DNA of 62,245 bases, counting the filler, from Sluysia triapertura (lineage: Eukaryota), in NCBI GenBank assembly GCA_046118255.1. It is 5 parts of 5 records of this genome, joined end to end, with 100 filler letters (N's around TTAATTAATTAA, not from the genome) between each part and the next. Parts side by side here need not be neighbours in the genome. Positions count along the whole stretch, not along the records: positions 36,830 to 48,152 come from JBJNIA010186001.1; positions 48,253 to 62,245 come from JBJNIA010011208.1; 3 more parts are not named here. One strand, written 5' to 3'. The position numbers were made by a program, and so were the translations under genes. This document shows positions 40,471 through 54,559 of the stretch, piece by piece; the stretch's first letter is position 1, and each line of letters begins with the position of its first letter. The notes under the pieces were generated by a model. It was not told the origin of the DNA. It was given only the letters and a program-made list of their open reading frames with translations, and ran no database searches.

Positions 40471-42559
40471 TAATCGTTTTATTATTTGAATATTTACTAA
40501 ATTGATAAGAGCTTTATTCTTATAGAATGAAATGCCATTCAATTTGTTCATTAAAATTTTAAAGAATTATCAAAAGAACTAATACACACATTTTGTACAT
40601 TATTAAATTATATCAAACTATTAGTACTTCTAATGTTTTTTTCATGATAATGGAATAAGTTAATTGTTTGATTACGTAGCTAAATCTGGTAAGTTAATTA
40701 ACAATTCGTCCCAAGAGTTGAATAGTGTCATTGACACAGAATTATTCGTTGAGATTTAAAACCAGAAAATTTATTAATTGACACTAAGATTTTGAGATTT
40801 CGTTGCATTGCACTTCATGACTACCTACTTGTTACTGCCTACCTTCTTTTTCATCCTACTTGCTTCAATTTTGGACGAATTAGTTATGGCAATACTTCGA
40901 GAAAAATCAAATATGGAAACATTGAAAAATTATACAACCGGTTCTATTCAGATTTTCCTCTGAGACATTTGGCAGCCCAATCTTTTTACAAACCATTTTT
41001 TGATGATTATTGGTTAATATTGGTAAAAATTCGCATTTAAAACTGAATTATGGCTCCAACTGGATTATTTTTTGCCAACTTTTTCAAGGCTTGTGTTTCT
41101 TCAACATGTTTCTACAGACACAGAAGATACATTCAGTGGCTCAGTTGTAAATAGTCCCGATATCTGGTTTGGAATAATCATATATTTCAGTTGCTTAACA
41201 TTCGGTGAGTATTTTTATATCTTTATTAGTCATAGCTATTTTTTTTATACTGAAATTGATTCGTTAAATGTTCATTCAAATAAAATGCGTTTTCATGATA
41301 CGTGGTTTGAAAATCATGCTGTGTTTCTGCAGTTAGAACTTATGATCAGTTCTACTCTTCAGATATAGATAACAAGACTCAATTTGAAAAAGAAATCAAT
41401 TTAGTTAGAAGGACAATCAAAAAAACAAACTAAATTCAACTCACAAAGTGTTGTTTAATTTTGTGAGTAATAATAGCATTCTAGTAATCGATGAAATCGC
41501 TTTTGTAACAGCTTACATTGTCTTCCATTTTTTTAAAATTAAAGAAATATGTAAATATTCTGTAACTCGTCGAGTTAAAGATCGATTTGATAATAGTTTT
41601 TATAATTAAGTAATAAGATACTTCAGTGTTATTCGATTTAGGTTGCACTTATGCAGATGAAGTACAACCTATATCAAGACACTCAGAAAACTTCAGATTA
41701 TTAAATAATTTCGATTATGAACCATTTTATAAAGGTATTGAATTTTTTAAAAATATTAATGATAATATTCAAAATTGCAGTATTTGTAATAAAAAACCTG
41801 ATTCTTACCTATCTAAATGTTAAAATGTTAAAAGGTTGATTTGGACAGAAAAAGTAATTGTAAATAATTTGAGAACTATAATAGAAATAGAGCAAAGGTA
41901 TCATTACGCGAAACCACGAATTTAAACAGCTCTAACAATGATGCTTATTAAAGCACAATTAAATATTGGTAAAAGTTTCACATCTTACAACTCTAACAGT
42001 TATAAAGTATGTTCATGCCAACCTATCTATAAAACCATCATAAAATAAATATATATAAATCTAACCACACAAAACGTTGTTTTATTTATTTATAATTTAA
42101 TGAATTAAGTAATTGTAAAAATTCAATATTTATATTTATACAACAATTGATTTTAAATTCGTTTCAGAAAATAACTGAATAAGGGAAATGTATTCAGAGT
42201 AGAACCACTTAAATATCAGAAATATGACTATTTCATAATAGTTTACAATAATAGTCAGAAACTCATTTTTAATCAATGATTTTAATGTGATTTTATACAT
42301 ATCTTAGGACTACTACTCAAAGTTATATATTTTCTTAGGTTTAAGCCTTACGAAATCCTCCAAAATGAATGCGAGAATGTGCATAATCTTTATTAAGCAA
42401 TAATACAAAAATGCCAAATGATCTATCAATAAATGGAAAACCGCATCTTAATAGTGCATGCTCCCTCAATGATGAAACAAAATTATTATTATTATTACTA
42501 TTATTATTATTATTATTATCATATCTGATTTTCGAGATGTATTCAGCCTAAAACCTTTC

Positions 42560-43240
42560 GTAAAATAATTTAAGCATTATATTAAAACAATTGGTCCTAT
42601 TTAACCACAAAAAATATACAGAATATAAGAATAACAAATGAAATTAGACTAGAAATTATACAGAAAATGATGCAGCGATTATAAACATTGCAAATGATTT
42701 CAATTACAATCAAAAAAGCACTCGCTTCAATTGTTAGGTTATATTTAAAAATTACTCCTGAAATCTCAAATTATATCAAATAACTTATAAATGAAGATGT
42801 TTCAATTACTCTTGAATTTATTATACGTAAACTGATTATAGAAGTATCCAGCTCAACAATTGGATCATTTGATTACAGTTTTAAAAGAATATCACTGATT
42901 CCTCGTAAAAATGAAAATATCAGAAGAAATAAATGTGCTCGATATTTGATAAGTCATGATGAAAACAAACTAATTTTTGTCGATGAAATGGGAATTAGTC
43001 GCTATGACAGAAGTGAAATAGGGATGTTTTTTTAAAATTTATTCCATCACATTCTCCATAACTTAATCCAATTGAAGAAGTATTGGAATGGAAAATATCA
43101 TAAAATATGCAAATTGTCAGACAGAAGATCAATTAAAATTGAAAATAATACAATCAAGTTTGGATATCAGTAGAGATGATTGTAACTCATATTTTAAGCA
43201 CATGCACGAATACTTAGAAAGGCTTTCATACGCTAGATTT
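42560..43240 (+). mobile_element. Degenerate IS630/Tc1-like (DDE_3) transposase
   Basis: NKLIFVDEMG, FIPSHSP*LNPIEE (cf. FLPPYSPxLNPIE), ISRDDCNSYFKHM. Confidence 0.8.
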
Positions 43241-44395
43241 TAATTCTATCAAGAAAAATATTCTTAATCGATCCCATATAACGGGATTCACGCAAAATCA
43301 TTTTGATCATTGAAATTTAATTAAATTATTTTTGAATACTCATATTTAACACTAAGAACTCCAGATTTAAGGCACTAAGCAAACTTAGTATTTCAATAGT
43401 TAAAACTTTTACTTTGCACTAAAATCCAACGACTGGCCCTCGCTGTAAGTCCAGTACGTTCGTGAACTCACATTAAATTTTTAAATAAACTCTTCTTTTA
43501 TTCTCACAGCTGAAAGAGGAAGTTAGAATATCAGTAACTAATAATGGAGATCCCACACATTATCAGTAGAATAGAAAAGCGTATCCAAAAAATGTGAAAA
43601 TTGTGGATATTTGCGATTGTTGAAAATGGAGTACGCGGGATAAATAGGATGAATTATAAAGAAAATAAAATAACAAAAAATAATTCAGATTAATAAAAAT
43701 TAAATTAAATTTTAAGCCTGAAACCACAAAACAGAGCAACTGACGAGCAAACCAAAATAATAAAATAAAGACATTTTGGAAACAAAAAAAGACGATATTT
43801 TTAGAAAACTAAGTTAGAAGATCAAATATTTCTTTTTTTATTCTTCGATACAAATCTGACATAAATCGAGTAATAATTGTGTAAACTTGTCAACATTCTA
43901 TAAAAACATTTTGTTTTGAAATAAAAGAAAATAGTTCGAAAAGTGAGATCGAGGATGTTAGCAGCTATTCATTCTTTTTGAACCTGTCGTGTAAGAATTT
44001 CCTTCAACACAAATCACATAAAACCTATATCGAATCAAAGGCAACCACTTTGACCATCGAAGGGAAAACGATGTTGTATTGCTCTCATTCGCCAAATCCT
44101 ATCCTGCAACATGTGAAACTCAATTTTTGATTCGCTATTAGGACATTGAAAAATTGACCATTTGATTGACAAAATACGTACATAGTGAAGTAAACCTGTG
44201 TTAATCACGAATTATATTAAATTTCTTATGTCTTACATGATTCAAATATAACAATATTAAAGGAGGCAGAACCTCGACACTTTATTTTCAAAAAAACTTA
44301 GAGTACTACTCAGAATGGAAAGAATTCACCACGACGTTGAGAAAATAGATTTTAAATAAGAAAAAGGCACTTCAAAATAAAAATTAAGCCCTAAC

Positions 44396-46973
44396 AGCTA
44401 AATGCAGCTTGTGTCCTCCGTGTCCGCATTCATGGCACCACAAATACTCCCCATACACACGCAGTCTGCAGAGAGAACACAGAATTGATTGTTCCTGTGT
44501 TGGATGTCGCAGGCAGTTGTATGCTCCAGATGAAATACTGGACGAAATCACTGACGCTTTTGGATTTGGATTACTCTGTGATGGAGTGGAGTTAGCAGCT
44601 GATCCAGATGCTGTTTGTTGGGTCTGCGAGACTTGAGAATTGGTCTGATTAGACGCAACAGCAAGAGGATATTGCTGATTGGATATGAGACTAGGTGAAA
44701 ATATTCTGGGTGAACTTGGTGTCTCAGAAGCTCCTATGTTGCCCGAAGTTGCATTTGAATTGTACTTGTTGTCAAGAACACGATTGCATTTACCACATTT
44801 AGTGGTTATCGTGGTGCTTTGTTGATTGACTGAATTTATCGTAGCACATGGACATAGTTTGGTGATGCTGCAAGCAGTAGTCCACAGCTTGTAATGAATT
44901 AGCAAATCTGCAACAATAATAAATTGGTAAATAAAAATATGAAGGTGAAATATTAACCCATTGAGTCTTGATTCATCTGAACCTTTTGGACATATTTCAT
45001 TTTGCTGTAATATGTAATGATGAATACATTGTTTTATAAACATAACCAAAAGAAAACAAGATTGAATGAATAAAACAAGATTGATTAATATACAAACACA
45101 CATAAGTTAAATTTTAATAATTTTGAACATTGTGGAACTTTTCAAAGCAGCTTTGCATCGTTTGCATTTCTTATCTTTTCGCAGGATGCTGCTTTGAGTC
45201 GGTTGGAGGAATATTCTCCTGAAAATGTATCAAAATAAAAATGAAAATGTAAACATGTTGAAACAAATTTATTTTAGCTCATCAAGCGTGTTAGAGAATC
45301 GGTACAAGGAGAAAACACCATACATGTGTTACATATGTCCCACAGGCAGAATGAGCTGTATTTGAAGGAACAATTGCAGATGGTGATCTTCTTTTTAATG
45401 TTCCCCGCATTGTCAAAATATCATTTTCTGTAGCACATATCAAATTGAAATTTTGTTTCTTATTGTGCGATACCTTCTCAAATTTCTTGTAACACTTCTA
45501 TTAATAGCGCTTTCATTCACAAAGGTTAGTTCTACTTGTTCTGGTGGAGGACACGGATGTTCTGTTTAAGTATTCTAAACTTTATTTTAAGTATTTTAGA
45601 GTCCTGGATCGACAGGGTGATTGAAAAGTAACTTCCTATTTTAAAATACTTACAATTTAATTCATATTGTAATATGTTTCTCAACTTTTGAGTATGGCAA
45701 TTTAATCTATGCTCTCGTTTTCTTTTTAGAGATCTGTTTTGTGAATTTGTTTTAATTAATTTGTTTGAAATTTCAAAATCCTACAAAAATGAAGGACTAT
45801 ACGAAGTTTGGGGATCCATTGTTCAAGTGCAAAGATGGTGAAGAACCATTAAGCTCTTCTACACTTTGCTATCATTGTTCGTGAATGACTGAAGGATAAA
45901 TTTCCACGTGACTTTTTTCTCTAATGTTTGTTGAAAGACCAAGAAATTTGGAAGAACTTGAAGGGCGAATATGTGAAGTTATGGCTTTCATCCCGCAAGA
46001 GTTTGTTGTGAAATTAATTGATGCAATTCCTGGTCAACTTGAGAAACTGGTGGCGAATGATGGTGCCTACGTTGAATTTTAAATAAAGTCCACGCAATAT
46101 ACTTTCTTCTCATATTTATTAAACGTATAAATTATATTTAAATTATAAACCACAATTACTTTTCCATCAACCTGTATATAGCGGGGATGGTAATAATTAC
46201 TGTTATCCAAAATAAAACAAATCCTACTACAAGTTCTATTCGGTCGCTAATATTTTCTTTAGTTTATTATTTTAATATTTTTTACGAATAATTATGCAAG
46301 TGATGCAATAAAACAGATAGATTAAACATATATTTATTATTTTAATGCCGACGGTCTTTGGTTTGTAAGGTTGAGCTTCTGTTATCTAATCGATATTCTC
46401 CTAAGATTGTCCTTGATGAAGAAAGTTTTGGTTCGAACGTTCGTCCACAATTGGAAAGTCTAATGTCAAATAAATCCTTATTTATGTATTATTTTAAAAA
46501 GTAAAGAACTTCAAGTGATAATTATCAATTGTAGCACTACCGAATCGAATTACAATAGGTTTAATAACGCAATTCACCAACTTATGTAAGCCTGAAACCA
46601 GGACTCAACAAGAGCTTCTTGTAGAGCTGTTAGGCGCACACCAATGAAGCTGGAACCGAATCCAAGTTTAGAATCGAGTACTATGATAGCAGTGCACACA
46701 GTTTGAAGACAGTTTTGATCCACAAGATCTTGGAAGAATTGGAATATATCATCAGGAGATATCTGATACTGCTGCTGATGCTGTTGTTGGTTGTGATGGT
46801 GATATTGACTCGATTGACCGGAAGATGCATGACGTCGGTGTGAAGAAAAATGGTGTTGACTGGTCAAAGCGTCTTGATTAATTGACGAGGACAGCATCTT
46901 CTGAACAGTTGATTCACACCTTTCAAGATTCACCGGGCCGAACTTGGAAGAAGCTTGTGTTGGAATTGTATTT
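44396..46973 (-). CDS. WDR24: GATOR2 complex protein WDR24, two 3' exons (46582-46973, 44396-44907); upstream and last exons not seen
   Basis: Spliced product CLQTVCTAIIVL...ESWFQAYI/NLLIHYKLWTTACSITKLC...VNQQSTTITTKCGKC...CSLCRLRVYGEYLWCHECGHGGHKLHL matches the WDR24 C-terminal solenoid plus ZnF/RING; GT-AG boundaries are frame-consistent. Confidence 0.9.
45613..46174 (+). mobile_element. Internally deleted Tc1/mariner-superfamily element, same family as 1-698, in WDR24 intron
   Basis: CAGGGTGATTGAAAAGTAACT ... ATTACTTTTCCATCAACCTG|TA; body is a reverse-complement homologue of 1-698; C-terminus LEGRICEVMAFIPQEFVVKLIDAIPGQLEKLVANDGAYVEF*. Confidence 0.88.
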
Positions 46974-47629
46974 CTGAAGATAACAAAACATTTAGTAAGT
47001 AAGAAGTGTGGGAAAATTTTAATTTAAACTATATTTCAGTTTTGTATATTGATTGCTATATCAACCATGTGCATTTTGAAACAATATTGCATTATTTGAG
47101 ATAAGTTAACGATTAAAAAAACCGATACCCTTATTCTCCATAGATCAATATAATAATTTCGCAGTTCAGTATGTAAGGGACGGAACAAATGCGTTTTTAC
47201 ACATTCTGAAAACTCAGCATTATTTAGGTAAATGATCAGACAAGCTGTACTAGCACCAACATATTCTATTTGGAATGTTTCCATTGTAAAAAAATTATGA
47301 CCTTCAAATGTGTGACAACTCAACAACTAATTTTTATTGGCGCATTTTCACACTACTTTATGCTAATTCAAGTGGTACATAGATATGACACAGATCCCTT
47401 CAAAAGTAGCCTGTGTTTGCGATGAAGTGGTTAAATCTAAGTAGCATACTTGATATTCAAATGAAATAATGTGATGTACCAATCCCGTCAAGTATATTTA
47501 TTGTCAAGGTTAATTGAATAATTTATCTATATCAACTGAGATGACAAACGATAATGATAATTGTGTCTAACAACCAACAAAGTGATGATAATAATTAATA
47601 TTACTATCTTAAAACTATGATTTATAGAA

Positions 47630-47850
47630 ATCAAATTGAGGGTTTTTGAAAATTCCTCTATTGTCATTGGCCGACAATAGATATAAAAATATTAGAAATC
47701 TTCTCTGTTAATTAAATAATGAAGACAGAAAAGTCATTCTAATGTTCGATAACTGCACATTGCATTAAACCAATATTTATACCACATGATACCAGCAGTG
47801 TCTTTAGACGCGTTATTATTAAAAATTTTTACAATTGCAAAAAGATATTT
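47630..47850 (+). mobile_element. pogo/Tigger (DDE_1) transposase remnant
   Basis: DRKVILMFDNCTLH, FIPHDTSS and IIKNF resemble RKILLxxDNCxAH / FLPPNTTS / IIKNFK. Confidence 0.65.
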
Positions 47851-47939
47851 AATCCTTTTCTAAATTAGAATGCGTTCAGTCGAACACAAGTGAGACATTG
47901 TAGTGAAATAATTTCAATAATGAATTCTTAGGGGGTGCA

Positions 47940-48079
47940 ACTACTACTAGTACTAGTACTAGTACTATTACTACTACTGCTACTACTACTATTACCAGTA
48001 CTATTACTACTACTGATACTACTACTATTACTATTACTATTACTACTACTGATACACCTACTATTATTAGTACTATCAT

Positions 48080-48152
<73 letters not shown>
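47940..48152. repeat. (ACT)n imperfect microsatellite at contig end
   Basis: Direct inspection. Confidence 0.95.
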
Positions 48153-48252
48153 NNNNNNNNNNNNNNNNNNNNNNNNNNNNNNNNNNNNNNNNNNNNTTAA
48201 TTAATTAANNNNNNNNNNNNNNNNNNNNNNNNNNNNNNNNNNNNNNNNNNNN
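48153..48252. other. Artificial contig linker
   Basis: N44-TTAATTAATTAA-N44. Confidence 0.97.
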
Positions 48253-48935
48253 GCTACTCAATTATAAATTGGTAACTATAGATTTTATACAAAGGTTTCG
48301 CAACCCAGTTATGGTGTTGCATACAAAAATTAAAAGAATTTAAGTTGATTTTATGCTTCCCCTTATGGTGAAACAAAAAACTTAATTAAATAAAAATTAC
48401 TTAGGCATGGACATATCTGGAACAAAAAATTTATCTTCTTTTGGATTAAAAATTGTTATAAAATTTTTTCTTCTTCTGGATTACTAAAATTTTCTCCTCT
48501 TCTCTTGATCTCTAAAAATTTTTTAAATTTTCTTTATAGCTTAAATAATTGTGTAAAATTAACAAAAATGCCTACCTATTTATATTTGATTCTTCAAGAT
48601 GTCTTCTTATTTGATTTATTTAAACAAATAATTCTAGATTTTTCTATTTAATTATTTATTTTGAAAACAATTAATTCCAGATTTTTCTATTTAATTATTT
48701 ATTTTGAATTTTAACTTATTTTAATTTTTTATTTCTAAATTCTAAATTATTTTTAATATTTTAATTTTTAATTTCTTTAAATTTTTTATTCAAATATAAT
48801 AATAATAATAAAATTAAAGAAGTAAAACATATGTAATGTACAATAATAATAATAAAATTAAGGAAACATATATAATGTATCTGACAGAACGCAAAACAAT
48901 GATTTTTTAAATATAAAATTTAACTTAATTCTAAA

Positions 48936-49027
48936 AGTCGGGACTTTTGAAAAACGTCGCGGGACACGGGATAAATTGTGAAAAATCGGGACTCTCCCAC
49001 CAAAAGCGGGAAGTCTGGTCACCTTAG
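48936..49027 (-). mobile_element. hAT (Blackjack-like) element terminus
   Basis: Minus strand TAAGGTGACCAGACTTCCCG followed by several subterminal GTCCCG repeats. Confidence 0.7.
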
Positions 49028-52000
49028 CGATGCTACAACTATAAATGACAAATCTTAACTTGCATTTGGACATTTAGTCTCATTTTTATTCATGTAATTA
49101 TATTTGTAAATAATGTTTTATTAACATGATACACACAAAAGAACGATTAGAATTTATATATTAACTTTAATGTATAAAAATAATGGTCATACAAATTATT
49201 TAAAATGTTTTATCTAAAACAAAAGTAATGGTTATAAAATTATTTAATAAAATATTTTATTTAAAATAAAAGTTTAAGTATTCAAATAGTTTGAATTATC
49301 AATTAAAATCATTAATTAAACCTTTTAAGGTCAAAATGGTTAAATTATATTTACCCTTAAAATATAAGAAACAAATTTCGTAAGTTTTGATTTAAGTGTT
49401 ACAAGTTTTTTGATTTAGCGTTTAATATTTAAAATTGGTTCAAATTAATTTGAAGAGAAATTTTCTTGATATAAAGCAATATTGATTTCTTGTTCGGAAA
49501 GAATTACGCATTCCTCTGTTTAAAATTATTTTCTGGATTGTCCACGAATTCAATTTCTTAATAATTTAAAACTCGTCAGTTTATTTGTTTGTAATTTTAA
49601 AAATAGAGTCAAAATTCTTTTTAATTGTTTTGTATAGAGCGACCATTTAAATTTAGTATCTGAGAAAATTTGCTAAGTTTAAAATCTTAACTAAAAAGAT
49701 TTAAACTAAATATTAACTAAGCCACTAACTGAATAATAATTTTGATAAAATATCCATTATTTTGTATATTTATTTTAAAATTTTTTGTTAAAAGTTTTAA
49801 TATTCTGAAAAATTATATACTATCTCTTGTATTAAATAAGTATTCAAAAATATTGTGGTATTTTTAATTAACCCAGTTAAAATCGATGTTTATAAACTAA
49901 AATCTTATATAACTTATATTAAGTTCAATTATATTAAACCGTGTTTCGAAGGTTCTTTTTAAAAGAATCCAAATAAAATATAAATTTTGAGAGGTTCCTA
50001 TTATAGGGAACCCGAATAAAATCATTCATATTTCACTAATTAACAAAAGGATCTTGTCATATAAATTCTCAAGACTCAAATTAATTTAATTTCACCTTTG
50101 CAGCTAATAAATGATTACCTCAAAATTACACGAAACAATTACTTTTAGAAATTAACCTCAACTTTTTGCTAACGTTAGAATAAAATTGGATGTTTTGGTA
50201 ACTTACGTTTACTGAGAATATGGAGCTTGTATTCTAACACTTATAATACTAAACTGAAGGCTGCCGTTTACAAGTCTGTGGTATAAGAGATGGAAGTGCT
50301 TTCTTACTTAATAATGTTAAAGTTCAATTTCTCCTCTTTCCATTTAATATAAAACTAAGTAAACTGAATTATTCAATACTTTATTTCTTTGATATAAAAA
50401 AAGAGTTTATACAAAACTTGATGGATATGAATAAAGTTATTGATAAAATAATTTTGACAAAATATAGTTTATTAAACTATTAGTTATAATGTTGTTCAGA
50501 AATTTTTATTAATTCAAATGTTATTCTAATAAAAGCAATCAAAGTTAATTATGAACATTAATGTTTCAAAATTTAATGTTAATAGAAAATTATCAATTAA
50601 ATACCTTTTCTCGAATAACTTTGTTACATTTAATAAATTCCTTCTTCCATAAACTTCTTTAATAAATACAAGAATTGTGTTTTAATAACAGAATAAAAGA
50701 ATATATATGTTCAGATTTTATCTTAAAACAATTATGAAATTATGTTAAAATGGGTCCGCCTATAATCTAAGTTTTATATCTCACGGAAGACTTAGTTATA
50801 GGATTATGGTATGTCAAAAACTGCGAAAAGCTTTCATTACTGTCTAAGATGGAGGGTCTCTCTATGTATACTCTTTTATTGTAGTTCATTTGATTGCTTA
50901 TACTTCTCTAACTTATCCTTCAATTGAGACTAAAAAATAAAAAAACTAGCAAGTATAGTAATGACGTACTCTATCAAAATTTATTATTTCAAACACAGAT
51001 ATAAGACAACTCCAAAAAAACGAAATTTACAATAAACAAAATAAATAATAATAATAAGTTATTAAACTTTAGGATTTCTCCTAATTCAAGTTAAATATAA
51101 GTTAAGATGATTTTAACCCAGGTGAATACTTGGGTGTGTGAAATACAAAAATGAATTTAAGTATATTTTAAAACAGATATTACTCTATTAAACTTAATAT
51201 AAGTAGCTTACGATTGCTTTTCCGAAAAATATCCAAGGTTTGGTCCAATGACAGCAATAAATTTCCTCCGAATAATGTTTCCAATTCGTGTAGTGAATAC
51301 TGACTCCCAAATCGATTTTTCTCCAAATAATGCTGTCCAATCGTACGGTGATTACCGATTTCCAAATAACGTTTTTCTCCAAATAATACAACGAATACCG
51401 GCTCCGAAAATACTTTTAAAAATTTCTTAAAAATTATTCTTGTTTTTTAAACTAGTGAGAATCTTGAACAATCGTGAACTATTTATACTAAAATTTGTAT
51501 CAAAATTTACTACGTATTAAAAGATTAGATTTTTACAAGTAATATTAATTTTTTGTTTTTTATAAAGATAAAATTAATAGACAATTGTTTTATTTATCGA
51601 ATAAAATAATCTTTAAATGTAGACATTCTAATTAAAATAATCTAATTTTAATTAATTATTATTTTGTACTTTTTAATTAAAACTTTTATCTAATTAATAA
51701 ATTCCAATTTTCTGATTAATAAATTTCAATTTTCTATACTTTTTAATTATTAAGTTTAACAATTTACATGAAATTTAATATTTACATAATTACATAAAAT
51801 TTAATATCTACAAAATAAATGTTGATGTTAAACTTATTTTTGTTTCAATATCCCATTTTTTTGTGGATGTGAAAATTTTCAAAATTTTTATATTTATTCT
51901 TTGTTACGATTTCTAAAATTGGTGAAAGTATGGAATTATTGCAATTACGAAATTCACAACTTAAATATTCACTGGAAAACTTTCAGGAATACCATAGATT

Positions 52001-54559
52001 ACTTCTGGATTACGAAAGTAGTTTGCGATTAGATGCACTACAACTTAGCAAGATTCCATATTCCATCGACTTACAAAATATCTAAGGAGTCGGTTGGCCA
52101 ATATATGCAATTTATACCACTATTGGAGACGTATTATTAGGATTTTTAATACTTTAATTTAAAACTTTCGTTTATAAAATATCAGTCAACTTTTTAATAG
52201 TTTAATTAATTATATTTTATAATTACGCAACCCGTATTAAGGTGTTGCTTTAAAATATTCAGTTTCAAAATTAATTAATAAAACCTAACTCACTAATGCT
52301 TATTATAACAGTTAAAAAATTTACATCCGGCAATAATTATAACAATAATTTTAAATTATATAATTCAACCTCGGTTGATTGTAATGCAAATTTATAGTGA
52401 GATTGTGCAACTATTTATATTACAATTTGCAACCTTCCACATTGATTTCGTCCATTTTACCAACTTATTTAATTAAAACAAAAAATTTTATTTTCTCTAA
52501 TTTTTATTATCTAAATTCTTAAATTTTTTTCCTTTTATTTTATGAATTTAATTTATTTATTTAATTATAATAGAGATAATATTAAAATTAATAAAATAAT
52601 ATTTACAAAATAACACATAATGAAGTACTAAAAAATAACTTTGACAGTAAACCGCTGGAATATACTGATAAGTGCTTCGCATTGTGTAAAGTACTTCCTC
52701 TATTACATGAGATATAGAATTGGTATTTTCATACAGGCTCGATATAAAATAATAAGCTGAACATTATTGAAAGATGAAACAAACTAGAATCATTTATCAT
52801 TAAGAGATTCTAAATACCTTAGTAATATTCTTGAAACTTGATTTCTTAAGAACGTCTTTAATACTTAATATCATTTATTCAAGATCTTAAACAGTTGAAA
52901 ATTTTAATAAAAGTTTTAATAAGCAATTAGGATCATTATAAAATATATAACACATTGTAATAATTATAACCTTGATGTGAGTAATCATTATCATTTTAGA
53001 AATGCCCTCAATTTGCATAAAAGCATATTCAATTTGTTTTTGAAAGATTGCAACATAAAATTTAGAAATAAACAATAAAAAAATAAAATATATTTAAAAA
53101 GTTTAAATAAGGAATAAATTTCAAATTTCACTGTATCCAAATTTTGTGAGAATTTCAACAGTTTCTTTCTTCGCACTAAATAAAAATATCATTGCATTTT
53201 TAAATAATACTCGTGATTTTATAGATTAATTCCATAAACAAGAGATGCACACAAAGATCAAGACAAATTATTTATTTTCACATCATATTCGTTAAGATTA
53301 TGTTTGTCAGAGATAAAATAAAGTTGTTTTATGTTTCATGCGATAATGGGAACTAAAATAATCATAGCATTCAGATTTTTCTTAAGTTCAATAGTCAAAT
53401 CAATGTATTTTATATATTTGTTGCTTCTTGAAACTGCAAATAAATATTTACACTTCAGATTTTATAATTGATATTCAATTATCTTTACCAAATTTATTAT
53501 GGTTAAGTCCTTTCAACTCACTCTCTCGATTCGTAGAGATATAACTGCTATTTTCAGCATAATTCTAATTGTAAAACAGCTTTTGTGTACATATAAATTA
53601 ATTTTACTCAATTTAACTTTAAATACAAGGCATTTGCTAATATAAATTTTTGTGAAATTAACAAATATTTTTTTCATGTCTTTTAGTTTGTTTAATGCTT
53701 TTGAATAAAATTCTTAAGTGTTGGTCATATGTATTTGAAATTCTTTTTCAATTAACTAAATTTATGAATTTAAAATTATTTAATTATTTCCAGTTTCAAT
53801 GAAGAATATTAAAATAGAACAAATTCAAATAGTATCGTGTAATTACGAAATATTGGAAAATTATACTACTTACATTAATTATTGGCTATTGCGCAGTAAA
53901 ATTTAATGACGTGTTGTGGTTCAGCTACCTACAAATCACATAAATCATAAAAATCAATTACGCAAACCTCATCACAAAAATACTTCACATGTCTTGCTTA
54001 TTTCATCCCATAATATTACATTATTTATCTCTCTCCCAACATTCTAAATTCACACTTGCGTAATAAGATTTGTTTCATTAATATTCTAAATTAGTACATT
54101 AAACATGATACCCGTTGTCATTCCTTCACCATTATGACACAACACTTTCACTTGTGTCTCGCAATTTTCCATCTGCATTTCCTTTGTAATTTTATAAGTT
54201 GGTAACTGTACTATTTTACATTTTTTATCTCTAAAATTTTATAATTGTGTAGTTTTACACTTACAATTTTTTAATCGCATGATTATGTAATTTATTAAAA
54301 CGTAATAAAACAAGAGATTTGAAATAATGTTTTGTTAATCCGAGTGTAACAACATGCATAATGAAATGCCATTAAAAATATTTTTACACTACATCACCGT
54401 ATACAAAGTCAGATACATGAATATCAAGCCAACTGTTTTAAAATGAAACTCATCAAAAACTATACAAATAAAATTTGAAATTTGTAAAGGTCAAAATAAG
54501 TTTGAAATTGGAAAACATTCAGTATTTTGTTACTTTAAATTTTTCTTTCACATATTTCG

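Noticed and set aside
44409-44636. Cys/His-rich plus-strand ORF
   Set aside because: Antisense shadow of the WDR24 exon.
46345-46360. Spliced-leader-like GCCG...ACGGTCTT (also TATCGAAATCT near 55995)
   Set aside because: Matches are short, with no donor/Sm-site structure; compatible with chance.
47876-48204. Poly-Leu/Val hydrophobic ORFs
   Set aside because: Translations of an (ACT)n microsatellite.
48858-49073. 71-aa ORF (also 36129-36374)
   Set aside because: Translations across GC-rich hAT termini.
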